A program made the translations under genes and the position numbers. DNA of 64,000 bases from assembly GCA_963811105.1 (NCBI GenBank), contig CAWEPZ010000001.1, positions 1-64,000 on the forward strand, written 5' to 3'. The notes under the pieces are model-generated. The model did no database searches. It was given only the letters and a program-made list of their open reading frames with translations, and was not told where the DNA came from. Position 1 is the first letter of the stretch, and every line of letters starts with the position of its first letter. Below, piece after piece: positions 1 to 11,106 of the stretch. Origin of the DNA: Candidatus Bathyarchaeota archaeon (GTDB lineage Archaea; Thermoproteota; Bathyarchaeia; Bathyarchaeales; Bathycorpusculaceae).

Positions 1-194
1 TGATTTGAACGGTTAAAAGTTTTACGATTACAGTTTGCCCAGAGTTGAAGCGTCAATTAAAAAGAAATCAACTATATCTGCCGACGACGTTTTATTGGAC
101 CATCTGCCTGAGTTCCCGCTTTCAAAGGGAGGTGTTGATGAAGGTATCTGAATTGTATAAGACCGTTTTGGGTTGCGGGAGCCAAGCGCGCATT

Positions 195-216
195 TACCAA
201 AAGCATATTAGCTAAT
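195..216 (+). promoter_or_regulatory. BRE/TATA promoter conserved between the two beta-propeller paralogs
   Basis: TTTACCAAAAGCATATTAGCTAAT here vs TTTACTAAAAGCATATAAACTAAT (minus strand, ~8834-8857) upstream of the paralog. Confidence 0.55.
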
Positions 217-252
217 CGTACGAAACAATGGCGACTAGGAGAAAAAAGGAAA

Positions 253-2794
253 ATGAATGTAAATAAAAGTAAAATTCAAGGAAACAAAAAAGCAATCTAT
301 TCGATTTCGTTGATTCTGATGTTAACTATGATGCTTATGATGACTTTTGCTCAACCAACTTCGGGTCAAGCTGGTGTTCCTATGCCAGAGAAAACTGTAG
401 GTTACGTTAGCGTTGCGCCAACACTTATCGGAGTCGGCCAAACGGCAACTGTAAATCTATGGGTCTTTCCTCTACCTACAACCAATGCTTATTCGCCATA
501 CTATAATGGCTATTACGGTGTAACGGTGACATTTGTAAGACCTGACGGAACAAAAGACACGTTCATGCCAACTGACGAAACAGGTTCATATATTCCAGGA
601 GAAACAGAGGCACTTGGATCATTATTCTTCACCCATTGGGCGCCTAATATGGCGGGTAATTGGAGTGTGTCATTCACTATGCCTGCACAGAACATAACTG
701 ACAGCTCAGGAACCGTACAATATCTAGGATGCACTAGCAACACAGCCTACTTTACAGTTCAGACTGATCCAGTTATGGCAGGTCTGCTCAATGGTTATCC
801 ATGGGCTGAACTGCCGAACTCAAATGTTTACTGGAGCTACCCAATAAACGCCAACAACAGAGAATGGAGCCCAATCTCAGGCGACTGGACTGGCATTAGC
901 CAGTACGGCGCTACGGTTGACAGTTCCACTGATCTTCGTTGGCAGCCCTATGGTTCAGGACCTAATACTGCGCACATAGTTTGGAAACAACCGATTAAAG
1001 CAGGAGGCATGATAGGCGGAGATTATGGCAGCCTTAGCTACTAAGCTGGTACTAATACAGTTGTGGTCATGGACGGCAAAGTATTCGTAAATATTCCCAA
1101 TACTACACCGGTTCGACAAGCCTTCGGCCAATTTCGATGCTATCGATGAGGCAACTGGACAAGTACTGTATACAGCGAATGGATCAATTACCAATGGTAT
1201 CCACTTACCTGGAACCGACTATGGACAATCCGCGTCATCGGTCGCATTGGGCGAAGCCGTCGTAGTTCTTCCCAGCTCCCAAGGATCATACAAAACTCAA
1301 TACCTATATGGAACCGCCACAGTCAACGGAATCAGCTATTGGAATTACTATGATCCCTTAACAGGAGTATTAGTGCGGCAAATCAATAACTGCTAGCGCT
1401 CTCGACTTATTGACGGCACAGTTCTTGCCTTTGGAGCAGCAAACAGCCCCACCATTCTGGGGGGTGCCTACTTGTATCGTTGGAACATGACAAGTGTTGT
1501 GAATAGCCAATGGGCTACAGGAATCACATGGAAAGTCAAAATGCCTTTAACATTATATGGTGGTTACCCAGCTCTCTTCGCAGTATCACCAGACATTACC
1601 ACAGTTGTGATAGGCACGAAAAACCAGTACTGGGGTTATAGCGCAGACACCGGTGCCTTACTATGGAACCTTACCCTGACATATCCGATCACGTCTAACG
1701 AGGAAATTCCTTTAGCTGTGGCGAACGACTTTATTGTCTTTGATTCAGTTGCAGCAACAGTTCACTGCTACTCCGAGACTACTGGCGCACAACTTTGGGA
1801 AACTCCCAGCTTCGCAAACTCTCCGTGGGCTACAACATATACCATTTACCAGTCTGAGACCAATGACCTCAACAATTTGTATCTGGCATTACCTGACGGC
1901 ACAATGAAGGCTTATAGTTTGACAGATGGACATTTAATTTGGACAAGTAAGGCAATTCCTTCAACTGAGTACGCTAATAATGCAGTGCCCTTAGTTATGG
2001 GGGGCTTTGTCTTGGTAGACGGTAAACTCTATGTTTACGCAGGCTATTCCATTGGATATCAAATCAACCCTGTTTCAAGGTTTGCAATGCTACTATGTAT
2101 TAACGCTACTACCGGCGACACCATATATACTTTAAACGGTGGAGTTGCCCCATCTGCTGCTGCTAATAGCTATCTCATAGGTGCCAGTATATTCGATGGA
2201 GACATGTATTGCTTAGGCAAAGGTACAACTTCTACTACAGTATCCGCCCCACAGACGGCAATCACCGCGGGCACACCTGTAACCATCTCAGGCTCGGTAT
2301 TAGATACATCACCAGCCAGTTCCGGTGCAACTCTTACCGCAATGTATGCCAATGGAGTCCCAGCCGTTTCTGACGCAGACATGAGCGTTTGGATGGATTA
2401 CCTTCACATGCAAAACTCAACATTGCTAAATAACCCGCCAATCTGCACCGGCGTCCCAGTTACCTTAACCGCAGTTGATCCTAACCACAACGTTAACGTA
2501 ATCGGCACAGCCACAAGCAATTACCTAGGTAACTACGAATTCCAGTGGACTCCAACCACTCCAGGGTTATACACAGTCTACGCGACCTTCGCAGGAAGCA
2601 ACTCATACTACACATCGTCGGCCTCAACAGGTGCAACCGTTAGCAGTGCATCAACTCCAGCAGGTTCCCAATCCACTTCGACAGCGCAGTTATCAGTCTC
2701 CAATTCAGACATGCTCATGTACTTCGCAATAGGCGTAGTAGCCATAATCATAGCAATTGCACTCGCTACGGTTCTGATCCTGAGAAAAAAATAG
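253..2794 (+). pseudogene. Secreted PQQ-like beta-propeller surface protein with C-terminal TM anchor; interrupted by a stop and frameshifts (may be sequencing errors)
   Basis: ORFs 253-1044 and 1472-2794 plus the intervening frames are collinear with the paralog at 6287-8798. Signal peptide, repeated 'TG..LW' blade motifs, Ser/Thr linker, TM helix followed by RKK. Confidence 0.8.
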
Positions 2795-2924
2795 ATGCCA
2801 AAAAACATGCAATCAACCAAGTCCTTTTTTTCTTTTTTTAATTATGGTTTTATATTAGCGCCCGCGCTTCCGAACAATGAAACAAAAAAAAGTGAGTAAG
2901 AAAACTCACTCTATCCTATTTTTT

Positions 2925-3578
2925 CTATTTTGGTGGTGAGGTTTCTGTTGTCGTTGTTGGCTGTGTCGGCTGAGGATGCACGCCAAAGAAGGCGATTGCT
3001 AAGATTAGTGCTGCTATCCAAATTAGAAGAAGCCCTAGCCCAAAAAATATGATTAGTACTGCGCCTATCAGCAATAGTAATCCTGCAGTTGAGAACAATC
3101 CGAAATTTGTTTTTGCAGAGACCTGTTTGAGTGAGCGTCTGACGAAAAAGGCTGCAATTATTGCAAATAACCAAAGGATTACGAATACCACTATTGCTGC
3201 CGAAATGAAGGGAATGATGTCTCCAATCGCGATATTGCTTGTGTTAGGTGTCATACCTGATAATGATGAAATGGTAGACCAATCACCGTTCCAGCTTGGA
3301 TAAATCTTCGTCAAGAAATCTGTGATGTTGGGTAGAACTACTGCAATTCCAATTGCGATAGCTGCTGCGACACCGACTATACCAGCGCCTATACCGTATA
3401 ATGCATTATTGAAGATGCCTCCTTCCTTGTAGTAGCTGCCAAAACCGTGCAGTGCAACCAGAACAAGAATTGCGCCAATGAGCTCGACAATGCCGAAATA
3501 ACTGATGTATGGAAATATACCTATGAACATCAACAGCGCGCCTACGCCGCCCAAGTTTTTGCTTGATTCTAACGTCAT
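2925..3578 (-). CDS. DUF996-like multi-pass membrane protein
   Basis: MTLESSKNLGGVGALL N-terminus, 'IFNNALY' and 'FSTAGLLLLIGAVL' motifs, several TM helices. Confidence 0.75.
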   Translation of the reverse strand: MTLESSKNLGGVGALLMFIGIFPYISYFGIVELIGAILVLVALHGFGSYYKEGGIFNNALYGIGAGIVGVAAAIAIGIAVVLPNITDFLTKIYPSWNGDWSTISSLSGMTPNTSNIAIGDIIPFISAAIVVFVILWLFAIIAAFFVRRSLKQVSAKTNFGLFSTAGLLLLIGAVLIIFFGLGLLLIWIAALILAIAFFGVHPQPTQPTTTTETSPPK

Positions 3579-4002
3579 TATTTTTCCTCTATTTTCTTGT
3601 CTTCTTATTTAGAATAAAAGCTTTTCCATGACCATTGACTGTGCACGGCGCTAAGTTGCTTAATAGTCTTACTGTTTAATGTGGAGCTGGTGTGTTGGAC
3701 GTAACCCGCCATTCGTCTAAGTACTTTAGTTGCTGCTTGCTGCTTAGTGCAAAAATGGAGTCCTTATGTGCGGGGAGGGTACCCTAAAGGGGTTGTACTC
3801 GCTAAGCTTAGGATCTTTGCTACAGTGAGTTAAAAAAGCTGAGTGAATCTTCTCGAAATCAGCATGCCGACTGCCACCACCAAACATGCTCACATATTTG
3901 AGAACAAACTACACTAATGGCTTATTGTTGTAAACATGACAGCACCAAAATCAAACCAGCCAAGAATAGATAAACTCCAAAGGTTCCCTAACGAACAACC
4001 AA

Positions 4003-4200
4003 TGGAGCGGAGGCAATTTTGGGGCTCCAGAAGCCGCGTTTTATGATCCCGTTTTATTGGTGTATTAGTGCTGTTATCACTAATGCAATCTCAAAATATT
4101 AATGCAAAGGCAGTCGAATGTGTTTTCAATAGTAAGTATTGAGGTTTAGGTGAAATTACGCGGCAAAACTGGCAAATAATGAACAAGGGTTAATTCTTGG
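4003..4200 (+). repeat. ~200-bp structured intergenic repeat, copy 1
   Basis: Aligns with 6006-6218 and 8901-9111 (shared GTTTTATTGGTGTATTAG...GTCGAATGTGTTTTCAATAG...GAGGTTTAGGTGAAATTA...AAGGGTTAATTCTTGG). Confidence 0.9.
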
Positions 4201-4709
4201 TTTCCTAGATGAAAACATGACCGTTTGGTACTTACCGCTAAACGCCGTTTAAGGAAAGATCCTAAGCGGATGGGTTATGGCGGGAATAAGCTGCGTATTA
4301 ATTAAACGATACATCTTTGCAGGTGGTTACCGCTTCAAGTTCAATTCGCATATTACTTCTGATATTTTATTCATGTTTCAGGTGCAGCGAGCGGGGTTTG
4401 TAGCTAAGGTTCAGGGAGACGTTTTGTGTGGCCATCTGCCTGAGTTCCCGCTTCCTGCTGCAAGTCCAAATTCAAGTATTCAAACGGTGCTAAAGGACAC
4501 TGTTTAGTATCAAGCACTCGGTACTTAGTACGCGGATAATGCAGTTTTTCTTTTCAAAAAGATGGAGATAAACTGGCTGGACATTGCAAATTAGTTTTTT
4601 CGCGACAAGCTGACGGAAAGAAGATTAATGAAAAAAGGAATCAATTAGTTCGGCAAAGTTTTAAATATAAATAACTCTGAGAAGTGTCTGAAGAAAAGAG
4701 GCTTAACTT

Positions 4710-5864
4710 TTGAGAACATATGAAAAGGGTATATCAATATTTCTGATTGGTTTATTATCAATCTCTTTTTTTTGGGGATTGTCATCAAACAGCGTGTATG
4801 CAAACCAGTTGACTCCATATGTGGTTAGTGGCATAGTAGATTCAAATGGCGCTGCTTGGCATAGTATTTACAACATTACGAAAAATGATTTAGTGCTAAT
4901 TTCTATTGAAGCACCCTACAATATTAGCTCAACTCTCTATTATCCTGACCAAATTGTATGTGTCAGTATCCCGGATAGTTTGAGCCATGTTTATAAGTTT
5001 ACGGCGACAGTGTCGGGAAATTATCTTCTTCAAATTGACAGCGTCCGTGGCGTACGCACAAGTTATTCTGGTGATTCATCAAATAATATTAGTGCTGCAA
5101 ACCAATTGACTCCAAATGTGGTTAGTGGCATAGTAGATTCAAATGGCGCTGCTTGGCATAGTATTTACAACATTACGAAAAATGATTTAGTGCTAATTTC
5201 TATTGAAGCACCCTACAATATTAGCTCAACTCTCTATTATCCTGACAACCAAACAATATGTAAGAGTATCCCGGATAGTTTGAGCCATGTTTATAAGTTT
5301 ACGGCGACAGTCTCGGGAAATTATCTTCTTCAAATTGACAGCGTCCGTGGCGTACGCACAAGTTATTCAGGGTATTATGGAAGTCTATTAAGTTCTACAC
5401 CACTGCCCAATCCAACCATCTCTCCTTCACTCATAACTCCATCTCCTATTGTATCAGCGACTGCAGGCAACTCGAAAATACTAAATGCATCGGAGTTGTT
5501 TGGAGTTGAAGCAAACAACGCCACATATACTTGGAACTTTGGTGATGGCACCACACCCCAAACTACTATCAGTAACACTGTAGCTCATTCATACCAGCAA
5601 ACAGGAACTTTCAATATTACACTCATAATAAATCAAACAATACCGAACCTAATTCAAACCTTCAACATACCTATTACAGTAAACCCAAGCAGTGGTTCCG
5701 ATTGGAGAAATTGGATAATAGCTATTGTTGTAGCCATTATCGGAGCTGTCGCTGTTATAATTGCTGCAATAATCAAGGTGAGAGGAAATAGAATCACACG
5801 AGTTGAAAACCGAGGAAAAATTGATTCAGATAATGGTAAAAAGAATTCAAAAAAACCAAAGTGA
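4710..5864 (+). CDS. Secreted/membrane-anchored protein with a duplicated ~90-aa beta domain and a PKD domain
   Basis: Signal peptide; two near-identical repeats; PKD motif 'YTWNFGDG...HSYQQTGTFNITL'; C-terminal TM and basic tail. Confidence 0.8.
   Translation: MRTYEKGISIFLIGLLSISFFWGLSSNSVYANQLTPYVVSGIVDSNGAAWHSIYNITKNDLVLISIEAPYNISSTLYYPDQIVCVSIPDSLSHVYKFTATVSGNYLLQIDSVRGVRTSYSGDSSNNISAANQLTPNVVSGIVDSNGAAWHSIYNITKNDLVLISIEAPYNISSTLYYPDNQTICKSIPDSLSHVYKFTATVSGNYLLQIDSVRGVRTSYSGYYGSLLSSTPLPNPTISPSLITPSPIVSATAGNSKILNASELFGVEANNATYTWNFGDGTTPQTTISNTVAHSYQQTGTFNITLIINQTIPNLIQTFNIPITVNPSSGSDWRNWIIAIVVAIIGAVAVIIAAIIKVRGNRITRVENRGKIDSDNGKKNSKKPK
4799..5368 (+). repeat. Intragenic duplication (~270 bp; 4799-5068 and 5096-5368)
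   Basis: Near-identical DNA with an offset of 297-300 bp. Confidence 0.95.
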
Positions 5865-6005
5865 AATCGAGACTACTTTCTAAAAATAGTAATCGAATTC
5901 TGTTACGCCTTAAATTCAAACGTCAACTCATCCTCTTAGGGTTCTTTGTCTTATCCTAAGATACTAATGCAAGTATGTTGATGAGTCTGTGACGGGTACT
6001 TGTTT

Positions 6006-6218
6006 GAGGTCGTTTTGGGGCTCCATGCGCCATGTATCATGATCACGGTTTTATTGGTGTATTAGTGCTAGTATTGCTAATGCAATCTCAAGCTATTAAT
6101 GCAAAGGCAGTCGAATGTGTTTTCAATAGCAAGTATTTGAGGTTTAGGTGAAATTAAGCGGCAAAATTAGCAAATAATGAAGAAGGGTTAATTCTTGGAG
6201 TCGCGGAAGCAAGCGTCG
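6006..6218 (+). repeat. ~200-bp structured intergenic repeat, copy 2
   Basis: Aligns with copies 1 and 3. Confidence 0.9.
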
Positions 6219-6286
6219 CGCTAATATAAACCCATAGGTGAAAAAAAGAAAAAAAGGGATTTAGTTGATTGCATGTTTCTTGGCAT

Positions 6287-8798
6287 TTATTTTTTTCTTA
6301 GATTTAGAACTGTAGCGACTGCGATTGCTATTATGATTACGACTACGCCTATTGCGAGGTACATGAGCATATCTGAATTGGAGACTGATGACTGCGCTGT
6401 CGAAGTAGATTGGGAACCTGTTGGAGTTGATGCAATGCTAACGGTTGCGTATGTCGATGCTGAAGATGTGTAATAGGAATTGCTTCCTGTGAAGGTTGCG
6501 TAGATTTTGTATAGCCCTTGAGTGGTTGGAGTCCACTGGAATCCATAGTTACCCTTATAGTCGCTTGTGGCTGTGCCGATTACGTTAACGTTGCCGTTAG
6601 GATCAACTGCGGTTAAGGTAACTGGGACGCCGGTGCAGATTGGTGGGTTATTTAGCAATGTTGAGTTTTGCATGTGCAGATAATCCATCCAGACACTCAT
6701 GTTCATGTCAGAGATAGCTGCTGTATTTGGCTGTGCGGCTGATTGGTCTAAAACTGAGCCTTGGATGAGCATGCTGCCGCCGACTTGCTGTTGTGCCGTC
6801 ACTGAAGTTGAAGTTTGGCCTTTGCCTATGCCATAGAGGTTTCCATCGAATATGCTTTGACCTATGAGATAACCATTGGAAGCAGCATTAGGGGCAACTC
6901 CACCATTTAAAGCCCATTCGACGTTGCCGGTAGTAGCGTTAATACATAACATCATTGCAAACCTTGGAACAGGGTTGATTTGGTATCCAAGAGAGTAGCC
7001 TGCGTATTCATAGAGATTACCACCTACCAAGATCGTTTGCCCGTTAACTAAGGGCATTGCATTATTAGTGTACTCAGTTGAAGGAATAGCCTTACTTGTC
7101 CAAATTAAATGTCCGTCTGTCAAACTATAAGCTCTCATTGTGCCGTCAGGTAATGCCACATACAAATTGTTGAGGTCATTGGTCTCAGACCAGTAAACGG
7201 TCCATGTTGAAGCCCACGGAGAGCTAGCAACGCTGGGAGTTGTCCAAAGTAGAGCGCCAGTCATCATGGAGTAGCAGTTCAAATCTGATGCAGTTGGATC
7301 CCAGACAAGAAAGTCGTTCACGCCCGCATAAAGGAATTTCCTCGTTAGTATTGACTTGGAAGTTCAGGGTAAGGTTCCATAGTGAGGCACCGGTATGCAG
7401 CGTTATAACCCCAGTACTGTCCATAGTTGTATACTACAATCACCGAGTTATCTTGTGATACTGCAAAGATAGTTTGGGAGGTAGGCGATGAGATTGGTGT
7501 GGGAAGCGGGACTTTCCATGTGATTCCTGTTTGCCAGTTGTTATTCACAACACTCGTCATGTTCCAACGATAGACGTAGCCGTTTGATGCTCCAAAGGCA
7601 AGCTCGGTGCCGTCAATAAGTCGAGCGGAGCTCGCGTTAGTGATTTGCCGCATTAAGGTCCCTGTTAAGGGATCATAGTAATTCCAATAGGTAACTCCTG
7701 AGACTGCGGCTGTTCCAAATAGGTAAGGTGTATAGTCATGTCCATAGGAGCTGGCGAGAAGTACGGGAGTTTCGCCCACTGCGACAGCAGTTCCGGATTG
7801 TGTATATGTGTTTCCAGGTAGGTGGATACCGTAGCTAATTGATCCATTCGCTGTATACTGTAGTTGTCCAGTTGTCAAATCGAAGCATCGGAATTGGCCG
7901 GAGGGTGCTCCCAACGTTGTGGCTGATCCGGTGGCACCATAGAGAATATTTTGAAATACTTTGCCTTCCATGACCACAGAAGGGTTAACTAATGTACCAC
8001 TGCCTTGACTAGCATAGCAAAGGCTGCCATATTCTCCGCCTATAATGCCTCCTGGTCTAACCGGTTGGCTCCACACTATGTGCGCAGTGCCAGGTCCTGA
8101 ACCATAGGGCTGCCATCGGAGCTGAGTGGGACTGTTAACCGTAGCCATCGTATGAGTGACAAGCCCGTCCAGTCGCCTGAGATTGCGCTCCATTCTCTGT
8201 TGTTGGCGTTTATTGGGTAGCTCCAGTAAGCATTTGAGTTCGGCAGTTCAGCCCATGGATAACCGTTGAGCAGACCAGCCAAAACTGGATCAGTCTGAAC
8301 TGTAAAGTAGGCTGTGTTGCTAGTGCATCCTTGATATAATACGGTTCCTGAACTGTCAGTAATGTTCTGTGCCGGCATAGTGAAAGATACACTCCAGTTT
8401 CCCGCCATATCGGGCGCATAATCGGTGAAGTATAAGGCGCCAAGTGCCTGTGTTTCTCCTGCAACATATGCACCTGTCCCGTCTATCGGCATGAACGTGT
8501 CTTTTGTTCCGTCAGGTTTTACGAAGGTCACCGTTAAACCGTAAAAGCCGTTAAAAATATGGCTTATAAGCGCTGGTTGTAGGTAGAGGAAAGACCCATA
8601 GATTACAGTTAAATATTGGCCGACTCCGACAAGTGTTGGCGCAACGCTGGCGAAACCTGAAGTTTTCTCAGGCTGAATTACACCAACTTGAGCTAAGCTA
8701 GGCTGAGCAAAAGCAATTATCACTGTCATAGCTAACAATAGAATCAATGAAAGCGAACGGAATGTTTTCTTGTTTGTAATAATATAATTTATATCCAA
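6287..8798 (-). pseudogene. Second PQQ-like beta-propeller surface protein, frameshifted into three ORFs
   Basis: ORFs 8076-8798, 7345-8193 and 6287-7321 join into one protein homologous over its full length to 253-2794. Confidence 0.8.
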
Positions 8799-8900
8799 TT
8801 TCTTAATTCTCCTTATAAGCTTTGTTTAGAACTATTAGTTTATATGCTTTTAGTAAATTAGATAATTTTGCCTCAATAACCTTTTCGATCAGATCTAAAT

Positions 8901-9111
8901 TGGAGCGGAGGCTATTTTGGGTTCCAGGCGCCGGATATTATTATCCGGTTTTATTGGTGTATTAGATAGTATCACTAATACAATCTCAAGCTATTAATGC
9001 AAAGTCGAATGTGTTTTCAATAGTAAGTATTGAGGTTTAGGTGAAATTAAACGGCAACACTAACAAATAATGAAGAAGGGTTAATTCTTGGAATCGCTGA
9101 AGCAAACGACG
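8901..9111 (+). repeat. ~200-bp structured intergenic repeat, copy 3
   Basis: Aligns with copies 1 and 2. Confidence 0.9.
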
Positions 9112-9315
9112 TAGGGGCAACGTTTCTTCTGACTCAGCCAATCGACCCAGCAGGGAAAGCCACTGTCTGTAGCATTCTTGGCTTGATAAGCGTTGCATGA
9201 AATGCCTTCTGGCTAAAGTACGTAAACATTACACAACCTCAGAAGCCTTCATCTAGTTAGTCTCGCCCCCAGCTCACTTGTGGAGCTAGCGAGAACCCTC
9301 AAAGGATGAAAAACA

Positions 9316-9634
9316 TTGACTGACTACTGCGATATTGACGATCTAGAAGAAGTGCTACGAGAGGAAATAACGACTTAGATGCTCTTGCTGACCGGTGCAT
9401 TACAACTGCTAGTGCAATGATCGATGCGCTTTTGAAGGTTAATAATTTTGCTGTTCCTGCTAATGTGCCTCAGCTGATCATGGAGGCTACTGCTTGACTT
9501 GCAGCCTGATGTTTAGACGAACCAGCGATCCTGCCGGAGCTGAAGCATTCTGGAACGAATCCCAACGCTTCTTAGGCCTTTACGTCCAAAATCAAAACCA
9601 AGGCGAAATCGCGTTCAAGGTGATCTCAGACTAG
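9316..9634 (+). pseudogene. Degraded phage head-tail connector-like gene
   Basis: Manual translation MTDYCDIDDLEEVL...ITTASAMIDALLKVNNFAVPANVPQLIMEATA*LAA*.FRR..DPAGAEAFWNE.., with internal stops; resembles gp6/gp15-type adaptors. Confidence 0.45.
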
Positions 9635-9675
9635 CTTAATTGAGGAACTTTGCCTCTGGAAAGTGATAAATCCTC

Positions 9676-9810
9676 TTGATTGAGGTTAAGATCTCAACTC
9701 GCGGTTTACGCTTCGATGAGACGGCTCAAAAACTTAGCGGACCTCTTAGGCAAAAACTGCTTGAACGGCTTTCGGATGTTGCCTATGCTAACTCTTTTGT
9801 GGTGCCATAA
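9676..9810 (+). pseudogene. Truncated HK97 gp10-like (tail completion) gene fragment
   Basis: MIEVKISTRGLRFDETAQKLSGPLRQKLLERLSDVAYANSFVVP*, directly after the connector remnant. Confidence 0.3.
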
Positions 9811-10148
9811 GCTTGTTTTTTCTTTTCTTTGGCTTTGAATTTATGCAATAAGTGTTTTAAACAAAGAAAAAGAATTCAATATTTTCAGAAGAGCTTAGAG
9901 AGTTTTATAACAGTATTCTTAAGATATCGAAGCATTATTTGAGCAAGAACATGAAGTATATGTCTCCTTACTCTTTTGTCGCCTAAATACGGGAAGTAAT
10001 TCATGGAAGACAAGATGTCTTGGAGACAATTCTTGAACCGCACATAAAGAAAACAGATGCAATCCCATATGGTCACAGTTGACTTGAGCAATGAAGATTT
10101 TCCTTCATTCAAATATACTTCTTTTTTTAAAGTCTCTGTCATTAAAAG

Positions 10149-10529
10149 TCAATATTTGTAAGTCCATCTGCGAATTTTGTTTCTTCCCCATATTAGCCAC
10201 ATTAAGCCTAACACAAGTGCAGTTATGCATAAAGTAGCTATAAAGACTACGACGTCTTGGAATAGATTATAATTGTTTGACCAAAACAAAGCAAAGAACA
10301 GGATGAATACGAGCCAAGCAAGAATACCTACTATGGAAATAACAATTGGAACGAAAGGACCTGACTTTCGCTGTGTTACATTCCAGTTTTGTTGGTTTTC
10401 AGATTTTTCTGTGTAGTGGTTGAACATAGTTATAGCGTACTTACGATGTTTTGAATATTTATGATTGACGGTTATGATTATAATCACTTTCAGTGCTGTC
10501 TCTACTATGGTATTATGTAGGTTCAGCAT
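10149..10529 (-). CDS. Small two-TM membrane protein (true start probably the Met at ~10427)
   Basis: Two hydrophobic helices separated by 'WSNNYNLFQD'. Confidence 0.6.
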   Translation of the reverse strand: MLNLHNTIVETALKVIIIITVNHKYSKHRKYAITMFNHYTEKSENQQNWNVTQRKSGPFVPIVISIVGILAWLVFILFFALFWSNNYNLFQDVVVFIATLCITALVLGLMWLIWGRNKIRRWTYKY

Positions 10530-10566
10530 TTGCTTTAAGAAGTGATTTTAAGAGTATTCGTTTTCT

Positions 10567-10743
10567 ATGGTTGATTTATCGAGACCTTGTGATGCTTGTG
10601 GCAAAATGATTGGTGGTGGCTTCAAGTATTGTCCTAAATGCCAAATCTACCTCTGCTTTCTATGCTCATATCAACTAATGTGTAGCCAAAATAAGTATCC
10701 AGTTGAATGTCCTATGTGCGGTGGAAAAATAACGTATGCATAG
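10567..10743 (+). CDS. 58-aa C4C4 RING-like zinc-finger microprotein (absent from the ORF track)
   Basis: MVDLSRPCDACGKMIGGGFKYCPKCQIYLCFLCSYQLMCSQNKYPVECPMCGGKITYA*; TTTAAG TATA-like box just upstream. Confidence 0.75.
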   Translation: MVDLSRPCDACGKMIGGGFKYCPKCQIYLCFLCSYQLMCSQNKYPVECPMCGGKITYA

Positions 10744-11106
10744 CATTCTGCTACTAAACATAACATTCCTGTTTTCTCATGTTGCTTTATGTTCTTTCTT
10801 AAAGTTCTTTATCACCTCGTTTATTTCCTGATGTATAAATGACTTTTGAGTAGTCCTTTTCAATAAGACAACCATTGTTATCAAAGACATAATAATAAGA
10901 CTGAACAAGGGGTTCGCTACCTTTCTTTCCCATTGGAATAGAACAAGAATTAGTAGGTTTTTTTCCTCTGGAATCTTCAAGGATCTTATCCGTATAGCCC
11001 AAGCGGTTTGCTAAAGTGTTTCTTGAATTTTGAGAAAAGATTCTTAATCCCGTGGGGTACGCCTGTCTCGAAATACTTATTAACTAAATTCTAAGTCTGT
11101 CTAGCG

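Noticed and set aside
1042-1400. Stop-codon readthrough (Sec/Pyl) in the beta-propeller gene
   Set aside because: The first stop is TAA and frameshifts occur nearby; error or decay is the simpler explanation.
253-8798. Diversity-generating retroelement acting on the paralogs or the PKD repeat
   Set aside because: No reverse transcriptase in the window, and the differences are not adenine-specific.
4003-9111. Classical integron attC array or MITE
   Set aside because: No integrase seen, no clear attC R-box ends, terminal inverted repeats or target-site duplications; kept only as an unclassified repeat.
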